A stretch of 64,000 nt of DNA, taken from NCBI GenBank assembly GCA_973895155.1, contig OZ316899.1, positions 10,381,135 to 10,445,134 of the forward strand, in the 5' to 3' direction. The notes beneath the pieces were generated by a model. That model made no database searches. It was not told the DNA's origin and was given only the letters and a program-made list of their open reading frames with translations. Of this stretch, positions 10,203 through 21,730 are shown in pieces; the first letter of the stretch is position 1; each line of letters opens with the position of its first letter. Position numbers and translations under genes: made by a program. The DNA is from Marsupella aquatica. Taxonomy: Eukaryota; Plantae; Marchantiophyta.

Positions 10203-13102
10203 TTAGCCGTTTCATCCAATTGGTCTACATCCTTAACTTCCTCCGGAATTGCAGCTAAAAAGGTGGATTCTATTGTAAAGCAGTCCTCGACCTCTTCGTC
10301 TTCTTCTTCCAAGTCACCTTCCATTGGTTCTTGCCATAATCCGCTGGGGGGTACCTCTGGTCCAAAGACACCTTCTTCGGTTAGGTTAGTGAAGCATTCT
10401 AACCAACGTACTTCATCGGCTGACTCCAGTCCACTATCGTACCCATCTACTTCCCTTATGCTTTTCCTACGGTCATCCTTAGTGTCCCAGGATACCGTGA
10501 TAGAGGGGGTCCCGAAAGTGAACTGCTTTTTACCCCAATCTTCTATTACCTCGGCTAGGTACAGCCATGGCCTACCAATCAATAGCCGGAATGACGTGGG
10601 ATTTACCGGCTTCATTACTACATAGTTAATGCTAAAGAAGATACCTCCTATCTCTGTCTTGATGCCGGTTAACACTCCCGTAGGAATGACCTGATATCCA
10701 TTGGCCATGTTCAACACTCTTCCAGTCATCTCCGGTGTTAGACCCCACCCTTTTGCTGTTGAATCAATCATAATACATACCCCTGATCCTCCATCGATGG
10801 GTACCCGTAGTAATAATTCTCCTTGAATCATTAATGGTAATGCTGGGGCTCCTTGATCTTCTTCTATCATTAGTACGTCGGATCTGGTTGCTACCTTGGG
10901 TAATCTCGGCTTGCCGAGAATAGCCTTCCTTAATTGCTTCCGGAAGTACGGGCTATTTTTCAATAGTTGACCTACTGTTGCCGAGACTCTAGATTCTAGT
11001 ACATCTTTAGCCAGGTCATAGGGAACAATCGGCTTCTCTTCTGGTGGTGTTTCCGTCTTGGATTCGGCCAGTTTTGCCACGCTAGTCTCCACAGCTGTTG
11101 GGTCTTCCGAAGCAAACAATGCTTTTGCTCGTTTTACATCCTTGGCAATGGCTTCGGTATTCTCCAGGGTTTCTAATTCTCTTAGTTGTTCCTTAACACT
11201 AGCCGTAACAGAGGGGTAGAACAACTTAGGATGATCTCGATTGAAGTCGCTATCTTGTGAAGGATTGGTTTCACTGGTGGGCTCATGGCTTACCTGTATT
11301 GCCGGAGCCCTCCCTTCTCCTTCTGTTGATGTTGACGAAGAGTCGATCCTTTCCTCCGTAACCTTCCCTTTATTTTTGGCCAGCCCATCCCACCTTTCCT
11401 TCCTTCTGGTAGATCGAGTAGAGACCCGGTAGCAATCATGATCTAAATCCTCCTCTGAGAAGGTTGATAGGGCTTCGGCCTCATCATCAGATGGTACGAA
11501 CTCTGCCTCGGCATCCTCTTGCCATCCTAGTTCGATGTGGTTGATTTGAACTCCTCCGGGGGTAGTACCTGGCGGTAAGATCTTGATCGGCAAAAGCTTA
11601 TGATTTGCGGCCAGGCCTGCCAACCAAGTAGGACATTGCCCTAGCATATGACCTTCCTGTCGGCATCCCATACATAGCTGAGCTGGTTGTCCATCACCCT
11701 GTTTGCGTGCATTCGGGCATTCTCTAGCAAAATGGCCAGGTTGACCACAATTATAGCACGCCGCAAATCTTTGCACATTCGGCCTAGGAGGTACTGACGG
11801 GTTCTGAATAATCCGAGGATACATCTCTCCTGGATTGTTCCTTAACCCTGACCACAGAGATGCAGGTCTGTTGGATAGGTCTCGTGCTCCAGTCTCACTG
11901 ATGCCGAAAACACTATCAGCGGCATCTCCCAAAAAGTACTCTACTTCTCCCTGACATGGTCTGATCTCGGCCACATGCCGAACATGATTAGTATTAAGCT
12001 TAGGACAAGCATCTTTATGGTGTCCGGTTTTATAACATAAGGCACACCATACAGAGCTATCCTCCTGTACTACCTTCTTCTTTGGTTTTACCTCTGCAAT
12101 GATAGCCTTAAGTTGCTCGGTAAGGGCTACGATGTTATCTGGTGGCTTAGCCTCCATCTTGACTTTCGTCTTCCCTCTCCTTCTGCCCTTCCTTTTCCTA
12201 GTTTTTTCTTCTTCAGAACTAGAAGATGACTCACTCTTGCTACTCCCACTATTCGAGCTTGACTTATCACTTCTAGACTTCTTGGAATGTTTCTTCTTCT
12301 TATCTTTTTTCTTGTGGGGTGATCCCTCCTCTGATGAGGAACTCTCAGACTTAAGCTGTTTCTTCCGGCTTGTGATATCTGCATTAATGTATAATTGAAT
12401 ATCCTTAATTGCTTCGGCTAAGGTCTTCGGGTTCTCCTTCCTAATTGCAAAACTCATCTTCTGTGGCAAAGCATTCACCAACCATTGAAGTTGCATACCT
12501 TCAGATGCATTGGTCTTTGTACGTCTTACCAGTTTCTGAAAGCGTTGCAAGAACTTCCTGAAGGATTTGTTCTCCTTGAACCGAAGTTGTCCCAACTTCA
12601 GCACTGCTAGTTCTGAAGTTCCAATGGGTCGAAACTCCTTAACAAAGAGTGTTTTGAAGATATCCCAGATGGCTTGATCTTCCACATCTAATGCTCTGTA
12701 CCAAGGCCTAGCCTCACCCTTGAACAGGCCGGGAAGAATCTGCATCTTGATGGCCGATTCTCCATTTGCTGCAGCGGTTCCCTCGAAATCATCCAACCAT
12801 TCGTCCGGATCCTCATCTCCTCTCCCATGAAATGCCTTGTAATGTATGCGCGACCGCTGGCTCAATCTGGTCCCTGGCCTCTCGTCTGGCCGTGCCTCTG
12901 GTTCCCCCATGTCGGTTGGAGACTCACTTCTCCTTACCGACTCTTCTTCTGGTATGTCTTCTTCGACGCCACTTCCAGTTTCGGAGCTACCAGCTCTTTC
13001 TGCCCCTCTCAGTCGCTGTGTATCATGCCACCCGGCGAGCTGCTGCAGTCGAGCTCTCTCCCGTTGAATCACTCTTTCTTCCCTCGGCGTAAGGTCAGTC
13101 AT
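10109..13102 (-). CDS. gag: gag-protease of element B
   Basis: Gag core (FHGRGDEDPDEWL), three CX2CX4HX4C knuckles, aspartic protease motif PIDGGSGVCIM. Confidence 0.93.
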   Translation of the reverse strand: MTDLTPREERVIQRERARLQQLAGWHDTQRLRGAERAGSSETGSGVEEDIPEEESVRRSESPTDMGEPEARPDERPGTRLSQRSRIHYKAFHGRGDEDPDEWLDDFEGTAAANGESAIKMQILPGLFKGEARPWYRALDVEDQAIWDIFKTLFVKEFRPIGTSELAVLKLGQLRFKENKSFRKFLQRFQKLVRRTKTNASEGMQLQWLVNALPQKMSFAIRKENPKTLAEAIKDIQLYINADITSRKKQLKSESSSSEEGSPHKKKDKKKKHSKKSRSDKSSSNSGSSKSESSSSSEEEKTRKRKGRRRGKTKVKMEAKPPDNIVALTEQLKAIIAEVKPKKKVVQEDSSVWCALCYKTGHHKDACPKLNTNHVRHVAEIRPCQGEVEYFLGDAADSVFGISETGARDLSNRPASLWSGLRNNPGEMYPRIIQNPSVPPRPNVQRFAACYNCGQPGHFARECPNARKQGDGQPAQLCMGCRQEGHMLGQCPTWLAGLAANHKLLPIKILPPGTTPGGVQINHIELGWQEDAEAEFVPSDDEAEALSTFSEEDLDHDCYRVSTRSTRRKERWDGLAKNKGKVTEERIDSSSTSTEGEGRAPAIQVSHEPTSETNPSQDSDFNRDHPKLFYPSVTASVKEQLRELETLENTEAIAKDVKRAKALFASEDPTAVETSVAKLAESKTETPPEEKPIVPYDLAKDVLESRVSATVGQLLKNSPYFRKQLRKAILGKPRLPKVATRSDVLMIEEDQGAPALPLMIQGELLLRVPIDGGSGVCIMIDSTAKGWGLTPEMTGRVLNMANGYQVIPTGVLTGIKTEIGGIFFSINYVVMKPVNPTSFRLLIGRPWLYLAEVIEDWGKKQFTFGTPSITVSWDTKDDRRKSIREVDGYDSGLESADEVRWLECFTNLTEEGVFGPEVPPSGLWQEPMEGDLEEEDEEVEDCFTIESTFLAAIPEEVKDVDQLDETAKWGAVAGTVDFLQALWQSRRGPQRHRSLARN
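10132..10178 (-). promoter_or_regulatory. -1 programmed ribosomal frameshift signal
   Basis: G GAT TTT in the gag frame, a 5-nt spacer, then a 10-bp stem GGCGTTGTGG/CCACAACGCC, all inside the gag/pol overlap; pol is in the -1 frame. Confidence 0.8.
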
Positions 13103-13150
13103 TACCTACGCTTCCGTTCTAACTTCATATCTCACGGCTTAAGAAATGCC

Positions 13151-13167
13151 CCCTCCATCTAGCGCCA
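13151..13167 (-). promoter_or_regulatory. Primer binding site of element B
   Basis: Minus strand TGGCGCTAGATGGAGGG, 4 nt after the 5' LTR; TGGCG-type PBS as in plant non-chromovirus gypsy elements. Confidence 0.8.
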
Positions 13168-13171
13168 AAAA

Positions 13172-16100
13172 TGTGGTGCGTCCCATGGCTCCCTAAACCC
13201 AAGAAACCCCCCAGCTCAAGCCGATTCCCGCAGGTTTCGCGCTTGGCGAGGCCGTTTCCGCGGCTTAGCGGCATGGGACGCTGCTAACCTTCTACTACTA
13301 CTATTAACATTTTACACACATATACTGGACAGATCCTTCATCGGGTCATGAGATACGTAGCCGGCCTAATATAGGCCTTCCCCTGTCTTCCCCTGTCTTC
13401 CCCTCCGTCTTGTTAGGTATGTTTGGATTCCGCCGCCGGAATGATCCCCAATAGGCTTGGTTAAGCCGCTAAGACCTCTCTCAGCTCGACACATCCAACT
13501 CTCACTCCCCTGCTTACTTTCCTTCTTTCTGTTGATGTGGGCACTCTTCACACAAGTTAATGCGACACACAAATAGCAAAATGACTCATTCTGACTGAGT
13601 CATACCATGCACTTGCCATACAAACAGTACATCTCATACACAAGTTCTGCGAACTAAGCCGTGAGGCCAACTCTATTCAGCTCTTAGGCATGAGGAAACA
13701 TGAATATACACAAGGGTCACTGTATGACTAACCGAGAGCTTCTCGTACTACTTGATCCCAGCCCGGCTGGTGCAAACTAAAAACTTGCTAAAGAAGAGGC
13801 CCTGAGCTCCCCGCTGCCCAGGTACTTATCCTGGTAGTGGATCCGCCATTCTTTGCATCGTAAGCCTAATCTACTTAACAGTAATCTACTTGCCCGAATC
13901 TACCTATGTACAGCAAGGCAGGAGCACAAGTGTTGCTCCTACCAGTGGGACCGCAATCCCACTAAGCTAAGTGTCAGGGCCGCTCCTGGTTCTGATCCTA
14001 ATCCTAAACGTGGAGATCCGTGCCCGCCCTGCCCACTCACGCCTCCTCCCTCCACGTCCGCCCTCCCTAAAAGGAACGGCGCCCTTGCACCGTCACGACA
14101 CCGGTGGTGGATCCTCAATGGACGCCCCCAACACTTCCTCCGCAGCCACTGCCGTTGGCCCGCCTACTGACAGATTACCTGCCCTTGACCGAGTCAACTC
14201 TCCCTCGGCCTGACTGGGTCCACCTTCGGCTTCAGCCTCGACACCGGCCTCGGCAATACCCACGGCTTCGGCCTCAGCCACTCTCACGGCTTCGGCTTCA
14301 GCCACTCCCTCGGCTTCGGCCTCCCCTTCCCCTAGGGTAGTTGGATCCTTAGCTGTGACCCTGTCTGGGGTCGGTGCCGGGTCTACCTCCTTGATCACCA
14401 CGGCCTGTGAAGTCGTATTACTCCTTGACCCTGAAGGTTTCCGCTTCTTCTTCGTTGGTGGCTCGGCAGCTGGTCCCTTCCCCTTCCCACTTACCTCCGG
14501 CACTGGTGCAGGTGGCGCGGCTTGTCCTTCAGCAATTACCACCCCTGGTAACTGGTTTGTCCCAACAGGAGATGGACCTGCTGCAGCTAAGCATTTAAAT
14601 ACTGCGGCTTGTTTCTTCAGCCGCTCTGTTTGGTTGTCGGCCCGCCGCTGTAGGTTCTCCATCTTCCTCGTGATTTCCTCCAACTCCTCTTGGGTTTCAT
14701 CCAGGTCCTTACGTGCCCCCTCCAGCTCGTTTTTGGCCTCCTCCTGCTCCCTGTGGGCTTCCTCCAATTCCTTCTTCAAGGTAGCCTTCTCCTCCTGGGT
14801 TGCTCTTAGCTCCTTGTCGAGCTCTGCAATGATGACAGACTCCATCTGGTTCATCTTGGCGTAAGTCTGTTCGAGCATCTCGTCCTTCTCCCTTAGGTCG
14901 GCCTTGAAGCTGGCCGTCAGGGACGCAAGCTCCTGCTGCAGCGCCATAATCCCTTGATAGGATTTCCCTAACTCGACCTCCTTCTGCTCAAGGGCTCTGC
15001 GGATTTTCTCGAGCTCCCCTTTCAACGCCCATTCCTTTCTTTGGGTCTCCGCCATGGCCCGGCTGTTGGCTGTTATGTGGGCCTCCTCTGTATTTTTCAG
15101 CTCTTGCTTCCACTTTTCCCTTTCTTTGATCGTGTCGGCCAACTCTTCCTGCGTCTGAGTCAGTTTATCCTTGATATTCTGATTATCAGCCTGCGCGGCG
15201 TCCAACTGCCCCTGCATGATGTTCAGCTCATGTCGTTTAATCCGCAGTTCATCTTGGGCTTTCTTGGCCGCCCTTAGATCTTCAATCTCGGCTTCCATCC
15301 TCCTAAGCCGCCGAATGACCTCGTCCTTCTTGCTTCTCTCTAAAGCCACCGCTTCTTCTAATTGGTGCTTCTCCAACTGCTCCCTATGGAAAAAGGGTCC
15401 TACCTCCAACTCCTCTCCAAAGATGCCGAGCGCAAGTTCCCCACACATCTCACCATACTCCATGGCTCTATTCTTAGCGTAGGTGGAGTAAGTAGAAGTG
15501 ATCGGCATCGCCCATCGTGGCCTCTGCTCCCAAGCCGTCCTGCGGATCTCTTCAATCGTGGCTAGAGGCTTGCTTCCTTTTTCGGCTAGCCGCCTGATGT
15601 CCTCCGGCCAATCTCCTCCTGGTAAATCCTTTTCCTTAGCCAGGGCGGCCTCTTCCTCCTGCTTGATTCGCTCCTGAAATTCCTGCACCGTCTGTTTTAT
15701 GCCGTCGAAGCTCGGGGGAGCAACATCTGGTGGGGGAGACTCAGGGCTACTCTGCTGGTTGGGGTCCCCTCGCACTACCCTTGGAAGTGTGGGGACAAAC
15801 CGGCCACAGGTCCTTACTCCTGGAACGTGATGGTCCGACCCATAGCCGGAATTATCATGGCTGCAGTCCTCCACTGCCTCCTCTACCTCTTGGATTTCCG
15901 GCTTCTCCCTCTCCTCTTCCTCGGTAGGAGCTTCAGGCAATTCTGCCTCAGATTCGGAGCTTGAGGTTCCCACGTACATTCGAACACCTGGCTTGGATTC
16001 CGGCCTGATTCTCTCGTCTCCAGCAAAGGGGTTTTCTCTTGTGAGCCGGTGTAGGCCTACCTCTGTAGTAGTGTCCGGCATTGTTGCCGTTGCCGTTGTT

Positions 16101-17834
16101 GTTGTTGTTGCCGATGCCGATTTCTTTTCTTTCTCCAGTAGTTTCAGCAGACTCTGCATGCCTGGTTGCTGCATCGGCAAGTCTTCCTTCCTGGGCCTAA
16201 ACACCTGCTCGATCGTAGGACTAACAGGTGGTTGAGGCTTCTCAGCCAACGGCCTCGGCGTTGGAGCTTCCTCGGGTGCCCTTACCTGCAGGGGAAGTAC
16301 CGGGGCAAAAGTCTGACCTCTGGCATACCGGCACAACAGCGGCATGTGATAGCCAAGCCGCGACACGCTCCCCATGCCGATTACCTGCTGCTCCTCCTTT
16401 AAGATCTTCTTCAATTGGTTGAGGAGGTACCCGTTGTAGTCCCGGCTTGGGTCTGGCCTTTCTGCCAGATAGACCTGTGCCTTGCCGATCTCTGCCCTCG
16501 GCAAGTTACAATGCATGGTCACCCGCAAGAAGTCGATCATCTCTCCTATGTGCGGGTTGGTGCAGGTGTTCCGGAAGAAGCCATTCTTCGTTGATGGCCC
16601 GGGGAACGACCGGAACTCCTTGTCAGGCAAGGTCTTCCTGGTATCAACTTTGGTCTTATTGCCCATCGGCAAGCCAAACACTTCGGCAATCACCTTGGGA
16701 GTAAGATAGAAATCCTTCCCATATATCCTCGTGCAATTGGTCTCGGGTTCCCATGACCCCACGAATTCTAATAGGTCTGACTCCGGTACCTCCGGCTTCA
16801 GCCATGGTAATCTTACAAAGGCCTCCAAGCCGGATCCGGCCATGAAGCCTTGGTACTTCTTGGTCTGCATGGCCGTAAAGCATGCATCCTCCTCCCGTGC
16901 AAAATGTAGTTGCACCTCCACCGGTAGGGTTGCCGCCCAGCCCTTCCAGGTGTCATCCCTGGTTGGAATGGCCTTGATGGGATCGACCTCCTCCTCTTCG
17001 GCTTCTCCCTCTCTCCTGCTCTGTTGCTCGGCTGGCTTCTTTGGTGCCGTCGACCTCGTTCTTTTTGCCGGGGTGGCTTCATCGTTGACGGCTCCCTTCC
17101 TCTTCATCTCTGCTGCCGTGGAGGTTTCTCCTAGCACCGTTGCCTGGGTCCACCTTTCCGTGCTACCCTTTAATTCCCAGTGTATGTCGTTGCAGTTCTT
17201 GATGGCCTCTCGGATGCCGACGACGCTGTCCTTGCAAAACAGAAGATCGTCGAGTTGATTGGAAGTAGGTGTCCACAGGAACTCGTCCTTGATGAGTTCG
17301 CCTCCTAAGAAAGCCGTCTTCTGCAGCTCCCACAATCGAGCGAGCTCCTGCCGTTCTCGAGCTGCCCTTTCTGACTCCTCGTCCTCGTAAGTCTTGATGT
17401 ACTCAGTCGCCCGTTCGAACAGGCATCCCCAGAAATGTGCCGCTTGATTGACGTTGCTCATACCCTCCTTAGGTTGATCGTCGGTATCTACTCTCTCCCC
17501 GAGTGCTTGCCTAAGCAGCTGACAGTAGTTGGCCTCCCGTAGTCGTCTGCCTAGTTCGTGCTCGCAAATGAGCCACTATTTCCTGCAAGCGCTCCTTACC
17601 CCTCTCCTTTGCCGGTCCTTCTTCCCGTTGATCCTTCCTAGCCGCCGACGCTTAACGCGCCCTAACCCTAATCGGGTTTTCACCCTCAGCCTTACCTCCG
17701 GCCTCTGCCCGGGTTCCATGGTTGCCCCTAATTGTTTATATTTTCCTTGTTTTGTCACTATACTAAGGTGTTCCTAGGGTGCCTTCCTGCTTTACCCACT
17801 TAACTGGCCGAGTGATTCCTGTCTAGGCATCACA
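13172..17834 (-). repeat. 5' LTR of element B (4663 bp)
   Basis: Copy of 2285-6947; bounded by the TSD and PBS. Confidence 0.96.
14093..17461 (-). CDS. Intact 1122-aa accessory protein encoded inside the LTR (plant-mobile-domain/Transposase_32-like segment plus long coiled coil)
   Basis: Uninterrupted 3.4-kb ORF. Segment LLEFV...IYGKDFYLTPKVIAEVFGLP resembles plant gypsy extra-ORF domains; E/K/L-rich heptads in the C-terminal half. A homolog is present in element C. Confidence 0.85.
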   Translation of the reverse strand: MSNVNQAAHFWGCLFERATEYIKTYEDEESERAARERQELARLWELQKTAFLGGELIKDEFLWTPTSNQLDDLLFCKDSVVGIREAIKNCNDIHWELKGSTERWTQATVLGETSTAAEMKRKGAVNDEATPAKRTRSTAPKKPAEQQSRREGEAEEEEVDPIKAIPTRDDTWKGWAATLPVEVQLHFAREEDACFTAMQTKKYQGFMAGSGLEAFVRLPWLKPEVPESDLLEFVGSWEPETNCTRIYGKDFYLTPKVIAEVFGLPMGNKTKVDTRKTLPDKEFRSFPGPSTKNGFFRNTCTNPHIGEMIDFLRVTMHCNLPRAEIGKAQVYLAERPDPSRDYNGYLLNQLKKILKEEQQVIGMGSVSRLGYHMPLLCRYARGQTFAPVLPLQVRAPEEAPTPRPLAEKPQPPVSPTIEQVFRPRKEDLPMQQPGMQSLLKLLEKEKKSASATTTTTATATMPDTTTEVGLHRLTRENPFAGDERIRPESKPGVRMYVGTSSSESEAELPEAPTEEEEREKPEIQEVEEAVEDCSHDNSGYGSDHHVPGVRTCGRFVPTLPRVVRGDPNQQSSPESPPPDVAPPSFDGIKQTVQEFQERIKQEEEAALAKEKDLPGGDWPEDIRRLAEKGSKPLATIEEIRRTAWEQRPRWAMPITSTYSTYAKNRAMEYGEMCGELALGIFGEELEVGPFFHREQLEKHQLEEAVALERSKKDEVIRRLRRMEAEIEDLRAAKKAQDELRIKRHELNIMQGQLDAAQADNQNIKDKLTQTQEELADTIKEREKWKQELKNTEEAHITANSRAMAETQRKEWALKGELEKIRRALEQKEVELGKSYQGIMALQQELASLTASFKADLREKDEMLEQTYAKMNQMESVIIAELDKELRATQEEKATLKKELEEAHREQEEAKNELEGARKDLDETQEELEEITRKMENLQRRADNQTERLKKQAAVFKCLAAAGPSPVGTNQLPGVVIAEGQAAPPAPVPEVSGKGKGPAAEPPTKKKRKPSGSRSNTTSQAVVIKEVDPAPTPDRVTAKDPTTLGEGEAEAEGVAEAEAVRVAEAEAVGIAEAGVEAEAEGGPSQAEGELTRSRAGNLSVGGPTAVAAEEVLGASIEDPPPVS

Positions 17835-17839
17835 ACTAC

Positions 17840-20800
17840 GTTGGTGAATAACCGACCGGACTTGGCAAAGGTGGGTGGCAAGGGATCCGAGGGGGAAGCT
17901 GGGAAAGCAAAAGGTCCCGGGAATAAGCGTAAGCAACCTGAGGGGGCGGGGGCCGGTGGTTCGGATCCCCAACCCCAGAATGGAGAAGCTAAGCAAAACC
18001 GAAAGGCCGGCAACTTCAAGAAAGGAGCCTCATCGGCACAAAAAGCAAAGAAGCAGGCAACCATGGAGCAGAGGCGGGATGAAGGTTTGTGCTTCACATG
18101 TGGTGCCATGGGCCATCAAAGTAAGGATTGTTCCACGAAAGGTGGCAAGCCAAATGGAGATGGTGGAGGGCAGAAGAGCATTAAGGTAAGTATCGCTCTA
18201 ACCGAACCCTTAGTAGCTGACAAGGTCCCTATAGGGGATGTCCCTGATGGAGAGAGGGTGTTGTTGCGAGAGAAGATACCTACAGTTAAGACAATGGATC
18301 CTGAAAAACTGATTTTTGTGAATGTCACTTCTAACTGTAATCTGGGTGTTGCTTTGGTGGATACAGGCGCGACCGCCTGCTTCATAAGTGGGGAGGCGGC
18401 AGCTCGTCTTGGGGTGGACGTGCAAGAGTTGCTACAACCGTTAGTGTGCAAGTTCGCCAACAACACAAAGGGGATAGTGTCAAGAGTAGTGCATAGGCTT
18501 TGGGTAGAGGTCATAGGCGAACAACAAAATTTTGTTAGTCAGGAGATGTTCTATGTTCTAGACGGTCTAGCCATAGACTTCATTTTGTCGGTAGGTTATC
18601 TCAAAAAGCACAATGTTACCTTGAAACCGGGAGGTGAGGTGCTCCATTTTCCCAATAAGGGCGGTGAGCCCATCGTTGTACATGAAATTACCAAAAATAA
18701 AGAAAGATTTCTTAAAGTAAGTAAAGTGTCGTGGAGGTCTCTGTGTGTATCGGCGAAGCAATGGTTGAAAGACTTCAAGGGTGGACATGAATGTTTATTC
18801 TTTCATCTCCACCCAACTAAGGAGGCTGCGTCGCAGCCAAAGGTCAAGTCAGCTAAGGTCAGGCCCGATTACGGTCAAATTCCTGAAATTTTAGAGGAAT
18901 TTCAACGACGTGCTCTCGCAAAAGCTACCTAAAGGTTTACCCCCGCGGAGAGAAGTGGATCACCAAGTTGAGTTGGAGCTGGGATCGGCTCCTCAAGCTA
19001 AAGCTCCTTATCGTCTAAACCTGAACAAGCGAATGATGTTGAATAACACCTTGGAAGAGTTGATCAACCAAGGGTTCATTTGCCCTAGTAAGAGTCCTTA
19101 CGGGGCGCCCGCGCTGTTTGTGTCCAAAAAGGATGGTACTTTGAGATTGTGCGCAGATTACCGGGCCCTCAATAAGCAGACGGTAAAGAACAAGTACCCC
19201 TTACCTGATATGGATGACCTCTTCGATTGCCTCTCCGGGGCTAAGAAGTTTTCAAAGGTGGACTTGCGATCTGGGTATTACCAGATCCGCATGGCTAAGG
19301 GAGACGAGTATAAGACCGCGATGTGCACAAGGTTTGGATCCTATGAGTTTTTGGTTATGCCGTTCGGGTTGTGTAATGCAACCGCAACATTCATGAAGAT
19401 GATGAATACCATCTTTCATGACTTGTTGGACCAAGGAGTAGTCGTCTTTATTGACGACATCCTAATCTACTCAAAAACGTTGGAGGAACATGAGCAGTTG
19501 CTCAAAGAAGTGTTCTCTTGCCTTTGTAAGGCTCATCTCTTTGCTAAACCTAGCAAGTGCGAGTTTGCGATGAATGAGATTCAGTTCCTTGGCCATACCT
19601 TTACCCCGGAAGGGATTACGCCTAGTCAGGACAAACTTAAGGAGATCAAAGAATGGGAGCGCCCGTCCAATGTAAGGCAAGTTAAAGCCTTCTTAGGATT
19701 TACGGGGTTCTATCGAAGATACATGAAAGACTATGTGAGGATTGCGACGCCCCTAAACGCGCTAACGTTGAAAAACAAAGTGTTTGTGTGGACATAGGAT
19801 TGCAAGTTAGCATTCCTAGAACTTAAGAGGTTAATGATAACGCCGCCGGTTCTAAAGTTACCTGAGATGGGGAAGTCGTTCAAGATTTGGACAGGCGCAA
19901 GTGATTATGCCATTGGCGCTTGTCTTCACCAAGATGGGCGTCCTGTGGCCTTTGAGTCATGTAAGTTGGAAAATCACTGGATCACGCCATAAAGGGAAAT
20001 GTATGTTGTGATCTATGTGTTGAAGAAGTGGGAGATTTACCTTAAGAACGGTCCCAAAGTGGTAATCCACAGAGATAGCTCGCCGGCCGGGTACTTTAGT
20101 TCTAAGCCAAGGCTGAACCCTAAGGAAATGCGCTGGCAGATGTTCTTGGCGGATTTGATTTTGAAGTCCGCCACGTTCCAGGGAAGACAAATACGGCAGC
20201 GGACGCGTTATCGCATAAGGACCAACATCGTGTCAATGGGATCACGATCCATGAATCCGAGTGGCCAAAGGTTCTGGCCGCGCTGTATGGGGATGACAGG
20301 TTAGCTAAGGAATGGCAAAGCAATGGGGGTAGCCAAGGCAAGGTAAGGCACGTATCGTTGGGGTTGGATAAGACACATAATGTCCAGTTATGGCAATACA
20401 AGCAGAGGCGTGTGTACATACCGGAGTCTCTAAGGTTAGAGGTTTTGCAAAAGTACCACGACTCGCCCTGGGGAGGGCATGGAGGGCAAGCTGCTACGTA
20501 TTGCAGCATGTCGCAAGATGTGTATTGGTCGGACATGAAGCAATCAGTCCTTCAACACGTGCAAAGTTGTTACTCGTGCCAAAAGAAGCGAACGGTCTAT
20601 AGGGAAAAAGGAGGACTATTGCAACCCTTACCAGTAGCTGCGGCTCCATGGGAGTCTATCTCCATGGACTTCATTGTTGGGTTACCTGAGTCCCACGGCA
20701 GTAACTCCATCTTAACAATTGTGGATCATTTTTCCAAGATGGCATATTTCTTGCCTACTACGAAGATGGTTTTGGCCCGAGAGGTTGCTGGTCTAGTATT

Positions 20801-21730
20801 TGACAATATCTTCCGACAATGGGGATTGCCGTTGCATATCCTGTCCGATCGCGATACCAAGTTCACGGGCCATTTTTGGAAGGCGTTGTTATGGTTATCC
20901 GGAACAGACCTGACCAGGGGATCAGCGTATCATTATGAGACAGATGGCCAAACGGAACGGGTAAATGGTATCGTGGAGGACTACTTGCGTCACTTTGTGA
21001 CGGCCAATCAAAAGGATTGGGCGAAGCATTTAACAATGGCCAAGTTTAGGTATAACTCGACCAAGCATTTGGCGACGGGGTTTGCGCCATTTGTGTTGCC
21101 ACAGGGAGGACGCCAAGGGCGCCCTCCTGGTTTATAAATCTGGAAGCTTGGCGAACGGAAAGCAAGGTTCCTTCTACGGACAATTTTATTCGAGAGCGGC
21201 GCCTAGTTGTGGAAGCGGCTACCAAGGGTATGACCCTTGCCCAAAGTTGGTACAAGGAGCAAGGGGATAAACATGGACGTCAGGTAAGCTTTGAAATTGG
21301 GGAGAGCGTCTGGTTGCAGTTGAGACCTGAGAAATACCATGGGAACATAAGTAGGAAGCTGGCTCCCATATATGCGGGGCCCTATCGCATTATACGATGG
21401 GCCCACAAGGATAATCCGGTTTTAATGGTGTTGGAGACACCCAAGGAAATGGGCGTGGGCAAAAGCTACCATGTTAGCCGGCTCAAGAAATTTGTCAAGG
21501 ACGATGATCCCAACCGGGATCAAGTCTTGCGTCCGAATGCCATGCTGGTAGAGGATGCTGAGGAGTTTGAGGTGGAGGCAATTCTGGACCACCGTTACAA
21601 ACGCAAATTGGAAGGCAAATCTTGGAGTATTTGGTGAAGTGGGCTCTCTATGACCAGGCCGAAAGTACTTGGGAGCCGGAAGAAAATTTGGGTAATGCCT
21701 CAGAGATCCTTGGAAGCTATTGTAAGCAAA
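17840..21730 (+). pseudogene. pol: Remainder of element A gag-pol: CCHC, protease, RT, RNase H, integrase, chromodomain
   Basis: CFTCGAMGHQSKDC, LVDTGAT, FIDDIL, SMDFIVGLP/SDRD/GQTERVN, and EEFEVEAILDHR followed by frameshifted EYLVKW; several frameshifts and stops. Confidence 0.93.

Larger units (their letters stand above)
2285..17834 (-). mobile_element. Element B: young full-length non-chromovirus Ty3/gypsy element with 4.66-kb ORF-bearing LTRs
   Basis: TG...CA ends; 5-bp TSD ACTAC at 2280-2284 and 17835-17839; near-identical LTRs; PBS, PPT, and intact gag-pro and pol. Confidence 0.97.

Noticed and set aside
14093-17461. LTR ORF as an env gene or a captured host SMC/myosin gene
   Set aside because: No signal peptide, transmembrane segment or ATPase motif is visible; coiled-coil similarity is non-specific.
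2285-17834. 4.66-kb duplication read as a segmental duplication or assembly artefact
   Set aside because: The repeat edges coincide exactly with TG/CA, PBS, PPT and a 5-bp TSD, and the copies differ at several sites.
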